The translations under genes and the position numbers were made by a program. Below the pieces are notes generated by a model that saw only the letters and a list, made by a program, of their open reading frames with translations, had not been told where the DNA came from and made no database searches. A DNA stretch of 43,384 nt from an uncultured Bacilli bacterium (GTDB taxonomy: Bacteria > Bacillota_I > Bacilli_A > RF39 > UBA660), in NCBI GenBank assembly GCA_944359735.1, contig CALVTA010000001.1, positions 1-43,384 of the forward strand, given 5' to 3'. Positions within the stretch are counted from its first letter, which is position 1, and the number at the start of each line of letters is the position of its first letter. Shown here piece after piece: positions 17,175-25,758 of this stretch.

Positions 17175-17504
17175 ATGAATGATAATTATTTGATACCTGC
17201 TAATACCAAAAGTGGTAGTCTTATTCTTGGTATTTTTAAACCTTTTGATTTAATTTTGTTAGGAACTGGAGTTTTGTTTTCTTTAATTCTTTTGATGTCT
17301 CTTTCTATGAATTATACTTGGCAAGTTATACTTGTTGTTACTCCAGGTTTACTTAGTGCTTTTCTTGTTATTCCAATTCCTAATTATCATAATGTTTTAA
17401 CTATAATTATAGAATGTTATAATTTCTTTACTAATAGAAGAAGTTATATTTGGAAAGGTTGGTGTGTTAAAGATGTCAAAGATGTCAAGAAGAGTAGTAA
17501 GTAG
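17175..17504 (+). CDS. PrgI/VirB3-like small membrane protein
   Basis: 109 aa with two TM helices. N-terminus LIPANTKSGSLILGIFKPFDLILLGTGVLF resembles PrgI-family proteins. Lies immediately upstream of VirB4. Confidence 0.6.
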   Translation: MNDNYLIPANTKSGSLILGIFKPFDLILLGTGVLFSLILLMSLSMNYTWQVILVVTPGLLSAFLVIPIPNYHNVLTIIIECYNFFTNRRSYIWKGWCVKDVKDVKKSSK

Positions 17505-18033
17505 TCAATATTCTGAAGATTGGTTGCCTATTACAGGTATTCAAAATGGTTACATTATTTGTGAAGGTAAACAAAAAGTTACAGGTGTTAAGATTACTCC
17601 TCGTAATATATTTATTCTTGATCAACAATCTCAAGATAATGTTTTAATTAGTCTTAAAAATTTTTATAATATGATTGATTTTGAGTTTTGGTTAGTTGTT
17701 GCTGATAGACCTGTTGATATATCTGTTTATATGTCACAATTGCAACTCTTATATAATGATTCTGCTTCGCCTGCTATTCGTAAACTTATTTTACAAGATA
17801 TTGATAAAGGTAATACTTTTATGAATAATAATATTGTTGATACTGAATACTTTATTTTATTTAAAGATACTAGTGAAGATGTGCTTCAAAAAAGAGTTAG
17901 ACTTCTTATTAATGGACTTGCTAGTTGTGGTTTAAATGCAGCGCAGGTTAGTAATGATGATTTGAGAATAATTATGGAAAATTTCCTAAATGGAGGAGTT
18001 TCTACTGAATTTGGGACGGTGATGCCAGTATGA
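17473..18033 (+). CDS. VirB4 N-terminal-domain-like protein (separate ORF)
   Basis: The track starts at GTG 17464. ATG candidates are 17473 and 17482. DWLPITGIQNGYIICEGKQKVTGVKITPRNIFILDQQSQDNVLISLKNFYNMID parallels the N-terminal domain of Gram-positive VirB4 (CD1110/Orf16-type). The stop overlaps the next start (ATGA). Confidence 0.55.
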   Translation: MSKMSRRVVSSQYSEDWLPITGIQNGYIICEGKQKVTGVKITPRNIFILDQQSQDNVLISLKNFYNMIDFEFWLVVADRPVDISVYMSQLQLLYNDSASPAIRKLILQDIDKGNTFMNNNIVDTEYFILFKDTSEDVLQKRVRLLINGLASCGLNAAQVSNDDLRIIMENFLNGGVSTEFGTVMPV

Positions 18034-19820
18034 GTATAAGTATTAAAAGCCAATTAGCACCTAAGGGATTACATTTTAATCCAAGTGATTTCTTTATTAG
18101 TGATAAGTATGCAACTATTCTTTCTGTTATTTCTTATCCGCGATATATTTCTCCTGGGTATTTATCAACTCTAACATCTATGAGTGGTATTAAAATTGTT
18201 ATAAAGCATATACCTGTTCCTTTTTCTACTATGTCTAAAATGATTAATAGACAAATTGCTGATTTGAGAGAAAAATATAGACAAGAAAAAGATCAAACTG
18301 CTAAAGAGAGAATTAGACAAGATGCTGAAAGTCTCGAATATTTTGTTTCGATGCTTGCTTCAAGTCAATCTAGAATTTTTGATTTTCAAATGCATATTAT
18401 GATAAATGCTGATACTAAAGAAGATCTTGAATTGAAAAAGGTTAATGTTAAGAATTATTTAGATGCTATGGAACTTAGAGCGGTTTCACTTAGGTTTGAA
18501 CAAGAGAAGGTTTTAAAAAGTATTTTACCAATATTTCCTAGTCAAGATATAGAAGAAAGGATTGGTACTCCTATTCCAACTCCTACTATTGCTGCTATGT
18601 ATCCTTTTATCTTTGATAGTATTAAAGATCCTGGTCTTTCTGTTTTGCTCGGTGTTGATTTTTCAGGTGGGGTTATTTTGTTTAATCAATTTCTTTATCA
18701 AACAAGAAAAGAAAATAATAGAAATAATGCTAATATGATTATACTTGGTACATCTGGATCTGGTAAATCAACTGCTGCTAAACTTTTGCTTAGATCTCAT
18801 ATTAGAAATGGTTGTCAGATAGTAGCGATCGATCCTGAAAATGAGTTAGAAGAGATGACGAAAACTTTTGGAGGAGATATCATTGATATTGGTAAAGGTG
18901 GAGAATTTGGAATGATTAATCCACTTGAAGTTATTATTGATGCTGATGATGAAGAAATTTCGCAAGGATTAGGTTATACTGTTTTGACTCGAACTTTACA
19001 GTCTCTTAGAGCTTTCATGAAATATTATGATCCATCTATTGAAGAGGATGTTCTTAATATGTTTAGTGAGATTGTTCAAGATACTTATAAACGTTTTGGA
19101 ATAGATTTTAATACTGATTTTTCAAAGTTTACATCAGCAGATTATCCGACTTTTTCTGATGTTTATGCTACTATTAAAGGTAGACTTATGTCTTTGACAG
19201 AACAGACTAGAGAAAAAGATATTATTCAGAGATTAGAGCTTAAAATAAGACCGTTAATAAAAGAATTAAAATTTTATTTTGATGGTAAGACTACTATAAC
19301 TGCAGATAGTGATTTTATGGTCTTTAATATTAAAGAGTTTATGAATTCTGATACTAATATTAGAAATGCTTTATTCTTTAATATTTTAAAATATGCTTGG
19401 GGACTTTGCCTTGATGTTGATGTTAATACAATATTAATGGTTGATGAAGCTCATGTATTACTTGGTACAAATAATGAACAAGGGGCTGATTTCTTAGCTC
19501 AAGTTCAAAGACGTGCTCGTAAATATAATACAGGTACTATTATAATTACTCAGCAGCCTAGTGATTTTTCATCTGCTTCTATTATTACTCAAGGAAAAGC
19601 TATTTTTGATAATTCTTCATATTATTTGGTTATGGGACTTAGAAAACAGGCAGTGGAGGACTTGTCATTACTTATAGATCTAAATGAAAATGAAAAAGAT
19701 AGTATTAAGCGTTATTCTCAAGGAGAAGCACTATTTGTATGTGGTAATAGACGTATGAGAATAAATGTAGTAGTTACTCAAGAAGAACTGGAATCATTTG
19801 GTTCAGGTGGAGGTTTTTAG
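18030..19820 (+). CDS. virB4: VirB4-family conjugal transfer ATPase (C-terminal two thirds)
   Basis: Walker A ILGTSGSGKSTAAK, Walker B ILMVDEAHVLL and IIITQQPSDF. N-terminal APKGLHFNPSDFFISDKYATILSVISYPRYISPGYL matches the VirB4 middle domain. Confidence 0.85.
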   Translation: MSISIKSQLAPKGLHFNPSDFFISDKYATILSVISYPRYISPGYLSTLTSMSGIKIVIKHIPVPFSTMSKMINRQIADLREKYRQEKDQTAKERIRQDAESLEYFVSMLASSQSRIFDFQMHIMINADTKEDLELKKVNVKNYLDAMELRAVSLRFEQEKVLKSILPIFPSQDIEERIGTPIPTPTIAAMYPFIFDSIKDPGLSVLLGVDFSGGVILFNQFLYQTRKENNRNNANMIILGTSGSGKSTAAKLLLRSHIRNGCQIVAIDPENELEEMTKTFGGDIIDIGKGGEFGMINPLEVIIDADDEEISQGLGYTVLTRTLQSLRAFMKYYDPSIEEDVLNMFSEIVQDTYKRFGIDFNTDFSKFTSADYPTFSDVYATIKGRLMSLTEQTREKDIIQRLELKIRPLIKELKFYFDGKTTITADSDFMVFNIKEFMNSDTNIRNALFFNILKYAWGLCLDVDVNTILMVDEAHVLLGTNNEQGADFLAQVQRRARKYNTGTIIITQQPSDFSSASIITQGKAIFDNSSYYLVMGLRKQAVEDLSLLIDLNENEKDSIKRYSQGEALFVCGNRRMRINVVVTQEELESFGSGGGF

Positions 19821-19854
19821 TATTTAATATTTAAATAGTTGTGGTAAGGTGGTG

Positions 19855-22164
19855 ATGAAAGTGGAAGAAGAAAAAAAAGAAAAAGGGCAGGATAATAATT
19901 CTGGAACTGATAATGCAAATAAGAAAACTAATTCTTCTGATTCATCATTTTTAGGTAAAGCGATAGAGAAATATAGGAGTAATAGAAGGAGTAAAAAAGG
20001 ATTTGATGATGATAGTGGTGATACTACTAATCCTGATATTGATGCTTCTCCTGTAAAAAAAAATATTTCTAATGGTAAAAATGGACTTGAAAGATCTATT
20101 GCTAATAAGGCATTAAATGCTGGAGCTAAAGTTAGTCCAACTTTACGAACTTTAAAAACTGTTAATAATATTAAAAATGGAATTAATGGAGTTAGAACTA
20201 GAAGAAATATGACAGGGGCTGCTCCTTCAGGGGGATCCGTTGGTGGTCTTTTGCGTGATGATAATAATGATAATAAAGAAGTTGATAGAACTAACAATGT
20301 AGGTGATGTTACTTCTTCAGATAATGTTGTTAATGAAGATTCTAGTAGTGAAGGCGGTAATTTTTTAAGTTCTCTATTAGGAGGTAAAAAAAGTAAAGGT
20401 TTAGCTGGTTCTTTTAATATTTTTGGAAGATTTTCAATTAAAAGTAAAATTTTTTCGGTTATACTTGGAGTTTTTGTTTCTTTGTTTATAATTTTACTTC
20501 CCGTTATTTTAATTGTTCTTGTATTTAGTCCTCTTTTGGGACAAAGTGAAGCTTCTGCTAATGAAGGAGATGTATCATATGATGCAGGACAATCTGCTTA
20601 TTATCAAAGAGTTGAGGATGTAAAAAAAAGTTATTCTGAAGAAGAAAAAGAATTTTCGGAAATAGTCATTACTGCTGCTTTTACAGTATTACAGGTAAAT
20701 GTTCCATCTTTTACTTTTGCTGATATGACAGAGTCACGAATTAGAGAGGTTGCTGATTTAATGCTTGAAGAATCTGAAAATGAAGATGGTACTATTACGT
20801 ATACGGCTAAAGGTGAAGATGATGTCAAAGAAGCATTAGCTGCTTATTTTAAAAGTATTGATTCTAGCCTAAGTGATGATACATGTAAAAGAATGGCTGA
20901 TGATGTATTTAGTTATGTTGAAGCTTATCAAGAATTTACAAGTGATGAAGAACAATCTAGTAATGTTGCATCTTCATGTGAGGGTAATTCATATTGGTGG
21001 CCAATTGGTAGTATTGATACTACTACATCAAATGGAGTTACTTTTGCTAGTGGTGATCCAGAGCCTTCTTCATTAACTGCTTATTTTGCTGGTGCGGATA
21101 GTGTTCATAGAGGTAATCATGGAGCGATTGATATTTCTACTAGTAGTGGTGTAGGTGTTACTAATGTAATTGCTGCTCAATCTGGTACAGTTATATATCC
21201 TACTAGTGATGATCAAACAAGGTATGATGATAATGGTAGTCTTAATAATAGCGATGGTGGAGGTTATGGTAATTATGTTATTATAGAACATTCTGATGGT
21301 AATTATACTTACTATGCACATATGGCTAAAAATAGTATTACTGTTAGAGCGGGTGATACGGTTAGACAAGGACAAGTTATCGGTAAAATGGGACATTCTG
21401 GTAGATCAACAGGGGCACATTTACATTTTGAAGTTAGAGTTGGTGGTAATACTAGTGCTAATAAAGTAGATCCACTTGATTATGTTAGTATTGATGATCC
21501 TAGATCTGGATGTGCTGATTTTTCTCTAACAAGTACTTCTCTTTCAAAACAGGAATTTATCTCTAAGATGGAGGCATATTGTACTAGTAGTGGTAATAGT
21601 GACTTTTGTACTAATTTTGCTGATCATGCGGCTGAAATTTATGATGTATCAATAGATTCAGGTGTTAATCCCGAACTTGTTGTTGTAACAGCAGGAACTG
21701 AACAAAATTGGGCTAAATGTCAGGATCTTTATAATTATTGGGGGATTGATATTTCAAATGGTCAAGGTTGTTATGATGGTCCTATTTTAAGATCTCTTGC
21801 TGATGGAATTCGTGAATATGCTTCTACATTAGATAACTATCAACCTGGTGGTAGTAATGCTGCTTTAATAGAATCACGAAATCAAGAAAGAGAAGCGGCA
21901 GGATGTGATCCAGCAGGACATGGTCCTCCAGGGACTTTAGCAGGAATGCAGTCTGTATATTCTTGGCTTGGTGATTATCGTTATAATCCTGGTGATTCAG
22001 GTTTGGGTGGATGTTATTATTTAAACGTAATGTATGGTGAAGACTATTGTAGTAGAGTTCCATCTGGTAGTGATGTTCCTACTACGGTATGTGAACAGAA
22101 TGATTATACTAAATGGCAAATTGAGAAAAAAGTGTATCTTAGAAAGGCTATATTTGGTTTATAG
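19855..22164 (+). CDS. bifunctional cell-wall hydrolase (M23 peptidase plus glucosaminidase/lysozyme-like), VirB1 analogue
   Basis: ATG 19855 (the track starts at GTG 19849). About 190 aa of K/N/S/G-rich disordered N-terminus and a TM (IFSVILGVFVSLFIILLPVILIVLVF). M23 motifs HRGNHGAIDI, GGGYGNYVIIEH and HSGRSTGAHLHFEV. C-terminal AAEIYDVSIDSGVNPELVVVTAGTEQNW...YNYWGI is glucosaminidase-like. Confidence 0.8.
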   Translation: MKVEEEKKEKGQDNNSGTDNANKKTNSSDSSFLGKAIEKYRSNRRSKKGFDDDSGDTTNPDIDASPVKKNISNGKNGLERSIANKALNAGAKVSPTLRTLKTVNNIKNGINGVRTRRNMTGAAPSGGSVGGLLRDDNNDNKEVDRTNNVGDVTSSDNVVNEDSSSEGGNFLSSLLGGKKSKGLAGSFNIFGRFSIKSKIFSVILGVFVSLFIILLPVILIVLVFSPLLGQSEASANEGDVSYDAGQSAYYQRVEDVKKSYSEEEKEFSEIVITAAFTVLQVNVPSFTFADMTESRIREVADLMLEESENEDGTITYTAKGEDDVKEALAAYFKSIDSSLSDDTCKRMADDVFSYVEAYQEFTSDEEQSSNVASSCEGNSYWWPIGSIDTTTSNGVTFASGDPEPSSLTAYFAGADSVHRGNHGAIDISTSSGVGVTNVIAAQSGTVIYPTSDDQTRYDDNGSLNNSDGGGYGNYVIIEHSDGNYTYYAHMAKNSITVRAGDTVRQGQVIGKMGHSGRSTGAHLHFEVRVGGNTSANKVDPLDYVSIDDPRSGCADFSLTSTSLSKQEFISKMEAYCTSSGNSDFCTNFADHAAEIYDVSIDSGVNPELVVVTAGTEQNWAKCQDLYNYWGIDISNGQGCYDGPILRSLADGIREYASTLDNYQPGGSNAALIESRNQEREAAGCDPAGHGPPGTLAGMQSVYSWLGDYRYNPGDSGLGGCYYLNVMYGEDYCSRVPSGSDVPTTVCEQNDYTKWQIEKKVYLRKAIFGL

Positions 22165-22323
22165 GAGACCAACTATGAATAGTTAATAGTTATTTTGAAA
22201 AAATATTAAATATACTATAAAAAAATTAGAGAGAAATACAAAAGAAGGAATGTGATAATATACTAGTCAGTATTAAATACAAAATCTCTCTTGTAACTGA
22301 CTATATATATCATACAAGGGGTT

Positions 22324-22851
22324 ATGAATAAAACAGAAAAAGTTGAAATTACGATAGTTGTTATATTAATAGTATTTTTTTGTGGTACTCTGATCTATTC
22401 TAAAGTTGTTCAGAAAAATGTAGATGATAATAAAATTGATACTACTGTTTTTGCCTTAAATGATGTAAATAGGTTTTTCTCTATTGATTCATCTATTTCC
22501 AAATATGTATCTTATGTATCTAATAAAGATGTTGATAATATTATTAAAGTTTTAGATAAAAATTATAAAGAAAATAATAATATTTCTAGTAGTAATGTTT
22601 TTGATTTTGTTGGTAATTATAATATAGGTTATATTAGTAGTACTAGAGAGATATATCAAGTTAGTTCTAATAATAATATTTATAAATATTATGCTAAAGT
22701 AAGATTATTAGAGGAAACTTTTGATTCTTCTACTTTTATAGATAATGCTTATTTTGAGGTTACTATTAATGAAAATGAACTTACGTTTGCAATTGCGCCG
22801 ATTAGTGAAATTGTATATATGAATAAAATAAAGGAGGCTACTAATGGTTAA
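22324..22851 (+). CDS. small bitopic protein (VirB8/TcpC-like candidate)
   Basis: N-terminal TM (VEITIVVILIVFFCGTLIY) plus a domain of about 140 aa. Placed between the hydrolase and the coupling protein. Function inferred from architecture only. Confidence 0.4.
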   Translation: MNKTEKVEITIVVILIVFFCGTLIYSKVVQKNVDDNKIDTTVFALNDVNRFFSIDSSISKYVSYVSNKDVDNIIKVLDKNYKENNNISSSNVFDFVGNYNIGYISSTREIYQVSSNNNIYKYYAKVRLLEETFDSSTFIDNAYFEVTINENELTFAIAPISEIVYMNKIKEATNG

Positions 22852-23302
22852 AACTTTTAAAATAATAATATTTATTTTGTTAGTAGTTTTGTTTAGTTTT
22901 CTGATCTTTAGGAATTTTAGAAATGTTGATGAAGTGGTAAGGATGTTACCTACAGTGGAAGAATTAGATAAATATAATTCTGTTTCTATTAAGAATGAGG
23001 CTAATATATATGAACTTAAAGATATTAGTGACAAACAATTAATTACAATTTACTATACAGATTTTAAAAATGAAGTTTTTAATTATCCAGAAGAAATTTA
23101 TCAAAAAATAAGAAATAAGGATGAAATAACTTATGAGATATTTAGTAATTTTAGAAATGAATTAATTAATAATTATTATACTAATAAGGTTGAAGATTAT
23201 AAAATTGTTGATCAAGAATATACAATTGAGAATAATTATAATCAAAAAATAATTTTTTATGTGGATTCAGTTTTAAATTATGAAATTAAACTAATATTAT
23301 AA
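22844..23302 (+). CDS. small bitopic protein, unknown function
   Basis: RBS AAGGAGG 7 nt upstream. Overlaps the previous stop by 8 nt. N-terminal TM (FKIIIFILLVVLFSFLIF). Confidence 0.4.
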   Translation: MVKTFKIIIFILLVVLFSFLIFRNFRNVDEVVRMLPTVEELDKYNSVSIKNEANIYELKDISDKQLITIYYTDFKNEVFNYPEEIYQKIRNKDEITYEIFSNFRNELINNYYTNKVEDYKIVDQEYTIENNYNQKIIFYVDSVLNYEIKLIL

Positions 23303-23308
23303 AATTTG

Positions 23309-23337
23309 TTTTCAAATTAGAAAAATACTGGTATAAT
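23309..23337 (+). promoter_or_regulatory. candidate extended -10 promoter ahead of the coupling-protein gene
   Basis: TGgTATAAT (TG 23329-30, -10 at 23332-37). The -35 is weak (TTTTCA 23309-14). Confidence 0.4.
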
Positions 23338-23366
23338 AAGCGTAGATTTTGAAATGAGGGATTTTC

Positions 23367-25559
23367 ATGAAGTTAAAGTTTAGAGCTGATAAAGATGATG
23401 TTATGATATTTGCTGTTTTTGCTTTGTTTTTACTTTATATTGTAGCGATTGGTATTGTTAATTTAAATTCTTTTGCAACTGAAGGATATTTTAGTGGTCT
23501 TAATCCTTTTCCGGCATTTACACCTAAGTTTTTATGGATGACTTTAATTATTTATTTTGTATCGTTAATAGGAATGTTTGTTAGTGTAAAATCTTATTTT
23601 TTTGAAGTAGAAAAAGGTTTTGGTTTTACTACTGAAAAGAAAGATAAAGGATATTCTAGGTGGGCTAAGGATAAAGAGATTAAACAAGAACTTACTATGG
23701 TTACTCCACAACAAGAAACTAGTAATGCAGCAGGTGTTCCTTTGATTTTGAAAGATAATGAAGCTTGGGTTGATAATGGTGAATATCATACTTTAGTTAT
23801 TGGTTCTACTGGTTCTGGTAAGACACAAACTGTTATTAAGCCTACTGTTAAATTACTTGCTAAAGCAGGAGAATCAATGATTATTACCGATCCTAAGGGT
23901 GAGATTTATGAAGCGACTGCTAATATGCTTAAAAGTAAAGGATATGATGTTCAAATATTAAATTTCCGTGATCCTCAAAATGGTAGTAGTTGGAATCCAT
24001 TGTCTTTACCTTATAGAATGTATAAGAGTGGTAATCAGGATAAGGCTATTGAGTTATTAGATGATTTAGCTTTAAATATTCTTTATGATGAGTCTAGTAA
24101 TAATAGTGACCCATTTTGGGAGAAAACTTCTGCTGATTATTTTTCAGGTGTAGCATTAGGACTTTTTGAAGATGCTAAAGAAGATGAAATTAATATTAAT
24201 AGTATTAGTTTAATGACTACAGTAGGGGAAGAGAAGTTTGGTGGTACTACTTATATTAAGGAATATTTCTCTTTTAAAGATCCAGCAGGGGCTGCTTCTA
24301 TTAATGCATCTAGTACAATTAATGCTCCAACTGATACAAAGGGATCAATTTTATCTGTGTTTAGACAGAAGATTAAATTATTTGCATCACGTGAGAATTT
24401 ATCAGAGATGTTAAGTCATAACAATATTGATCTTGCTGATATTGGTAAGCGTAAGACAGCTTTATTTATCGTGGTTCAAGATGAAAAGAAAACTTATCAC
24501 TCCCTTGTTACAATTCTTTTAAAGCAATGTTATGAAACTTTAATAGATGTAGCTCAAGAAAATGGTGGTGAACTTCCTGTTAGAACAAACTTCTTACTAG
24601 ATGAGTTTGCAAATATGCCACCTTTAAAGGATGTTACAACTATGATTACAGCAGCTCGTTCTCGTAAGATTAGATTTACAATGATTATTCAAAACTATGC
24701 ACAATTAAATCAAGTATATGGTAAAGAAAATGCTGAAACTATTCGTGGTAACTGTGGTAATATTATTTATTTGATTTCAGCTGAACTTGCAGCATTAGAA
24801 GAAATTTCTAAAATGTGTGGTGAGGTTAAATCTAAGGATAATGATAAAACTGCTAGTACTCCTCTTGTTACAGTTTCTGATTTGCAAAGAATGAAGCAAT
24901 TTGAAGTTATTGTTTTAAGAATGAGACAACAGCCTTTTAAGACTAAATTTACGCCAGATTTTAAACTTAATTGGGGTAAAGATTATCCTAAAGCTACATA
25001 TCCAGTTAGGGATAAAATACCTGTTCATACTTTTGATATAAAGACTTTTGTTAAAGAAAAGAAAAAAGAAAAGTTGCTTGAAATGATGAATAGTTCTAAT
25101 CCTAATGGAGGTAATACTTCGTCTGGATCTGGATTTGTTCCTCCTAATTTATTTGGAATAGGTGCTGGAAATAGTAATAATCAGGGATTTTCTAATCCTA
25201 TGTTTACGGGTAATAATAATGGTCCAATGTCAATGCCTTCTGATATGCCAGGAATGATGCCTAATTTTAATCCAGATTTATCAAAAAATAATATTCAACC
25301 TAAGAAACCAACATTTGATGTTGATGAGTTGGTTAAGAAGATTGATGCTAAAATTGCTGAACTTGAAAAAGAAGAACAAATGAATAAGCAAAAACATCAG
25401 GAAACTCTTGTTAAACCTTTAGAAGATTCTTCTGTTAAAGAAGTTGTGGATAATAAGAAAGAAGATCCTGTTGTTAAAGAACAGCCTAAAAAAGAAGTTA
25501 ATTTAAGTTTAGATGATGATGACGATGATGATTTCTTTGATGATTTTTTCGATGAATAA
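23367..25559 (+). CDS. virD4: type IV coupling protein (VirD4/TraG family)
   Basis: Two N-terminal TMs. Walker A VIGSTGSGKTQT, ITDPKGE, Walker B NFLLDEFANMP and MIIQNYAQL. Low-complexity C-terminus ending DDDDDDDFFDDFFDE. Confidence 0.85.
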   Translation: MKLKFRADKDDVMIFAVFALFLLYIVAIGIVNLNSFATEGYFSGLNPFPAFTPKFLWMTLIIYFVSLIGMFVSVKSYFFEVEKGFGFTTEKKDKGYSRWAKDKEIKQELTMVTPQQETSNAAGVPLILKDNEAWVDNGEYHTLVIGSTGSGKTQTVIKPTVKLLAKAGESMIITDPKGEIYEATANMLKSKGYDVQILNFRDPQNGSSWNPLSLPYRMYKSGNQDKAIELLDDLALNILYDESSNNSDPFWEKTSADYFSGVALGLFEDAKEDEININSISLMTTVGEEKFGGTTYIKEYFSFKDPAGAASINASSTINAPTDTKGSILSVFRQKIKLFASRENLSEMLSHNNIDLADIGKRKTALFIVVQDEKKTYHSLVTILLKQCYETLIDVAQENGGELPVRTNFLLDEFANMPPLKDVTTMITAARSRKIRFTMIIQNYAQLNQVYGKENAETIRGNCGNIIYLISAELAALEEISKMCGEVKSKDNDKTASTPLVTVSDLQRMKQFEVIVLRMRQQPFKTKFTPDFKLNWGKDYPKATYPVRDKIPVHTFDIKTFVKEKKKEKLLEMMNSSNPNGGNTSSGSGFVPPNLFGIGAGNSNNQGFSNPMFTGNNNGPMSMPSDMPGMMPNFNPDLSKNNIQPKKPTFDVDELVKKIDAKIAELEKEEQMNKQKHQETLVKPLEDSSVKEVVDNKKEDPVVKEQPKKEVNLSLDDDDDDDFFDDFFDE

Positions 25560-25758
25560 AAATTTGGCATGAATTTTCTAAAAAATTAAGGATCAAACTT
25601 ATAATGATGTGAAATCTATTTAGAAGACATCAAATAAAAAATAGTCTTTGAAATTAAAAATTAAGGACGAACGAAGTGAGGTCATCTAGACTTTTGATTT
25701 ATTAAACAATGATCACAATGTTTAAGATTAAAAGAAACTAAACCAGTCCTATCAATAA

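Noticed and set aside
19824-20297. 157-aa ORF on the - strand, antisense to the 5' end of the hydrolase gene
   Set aside because: It is a mirror image of low-complexity GAA/AAA/GGT-rich coding DNA. Its product is a Leu/Ser/Phe/Pro repeat. It has no RBS and lies entirely within a well-supported + strand gene.
20873-21076. Alternative-frame + strand ORFs (20873-21076 inside the hydrolase gene and 28462-28668 inside pncB)
   Set aside because: They are out of frame with genes that have strong motif support. Their composition is rich in Leu, Met, Val and His, and they have no start context.
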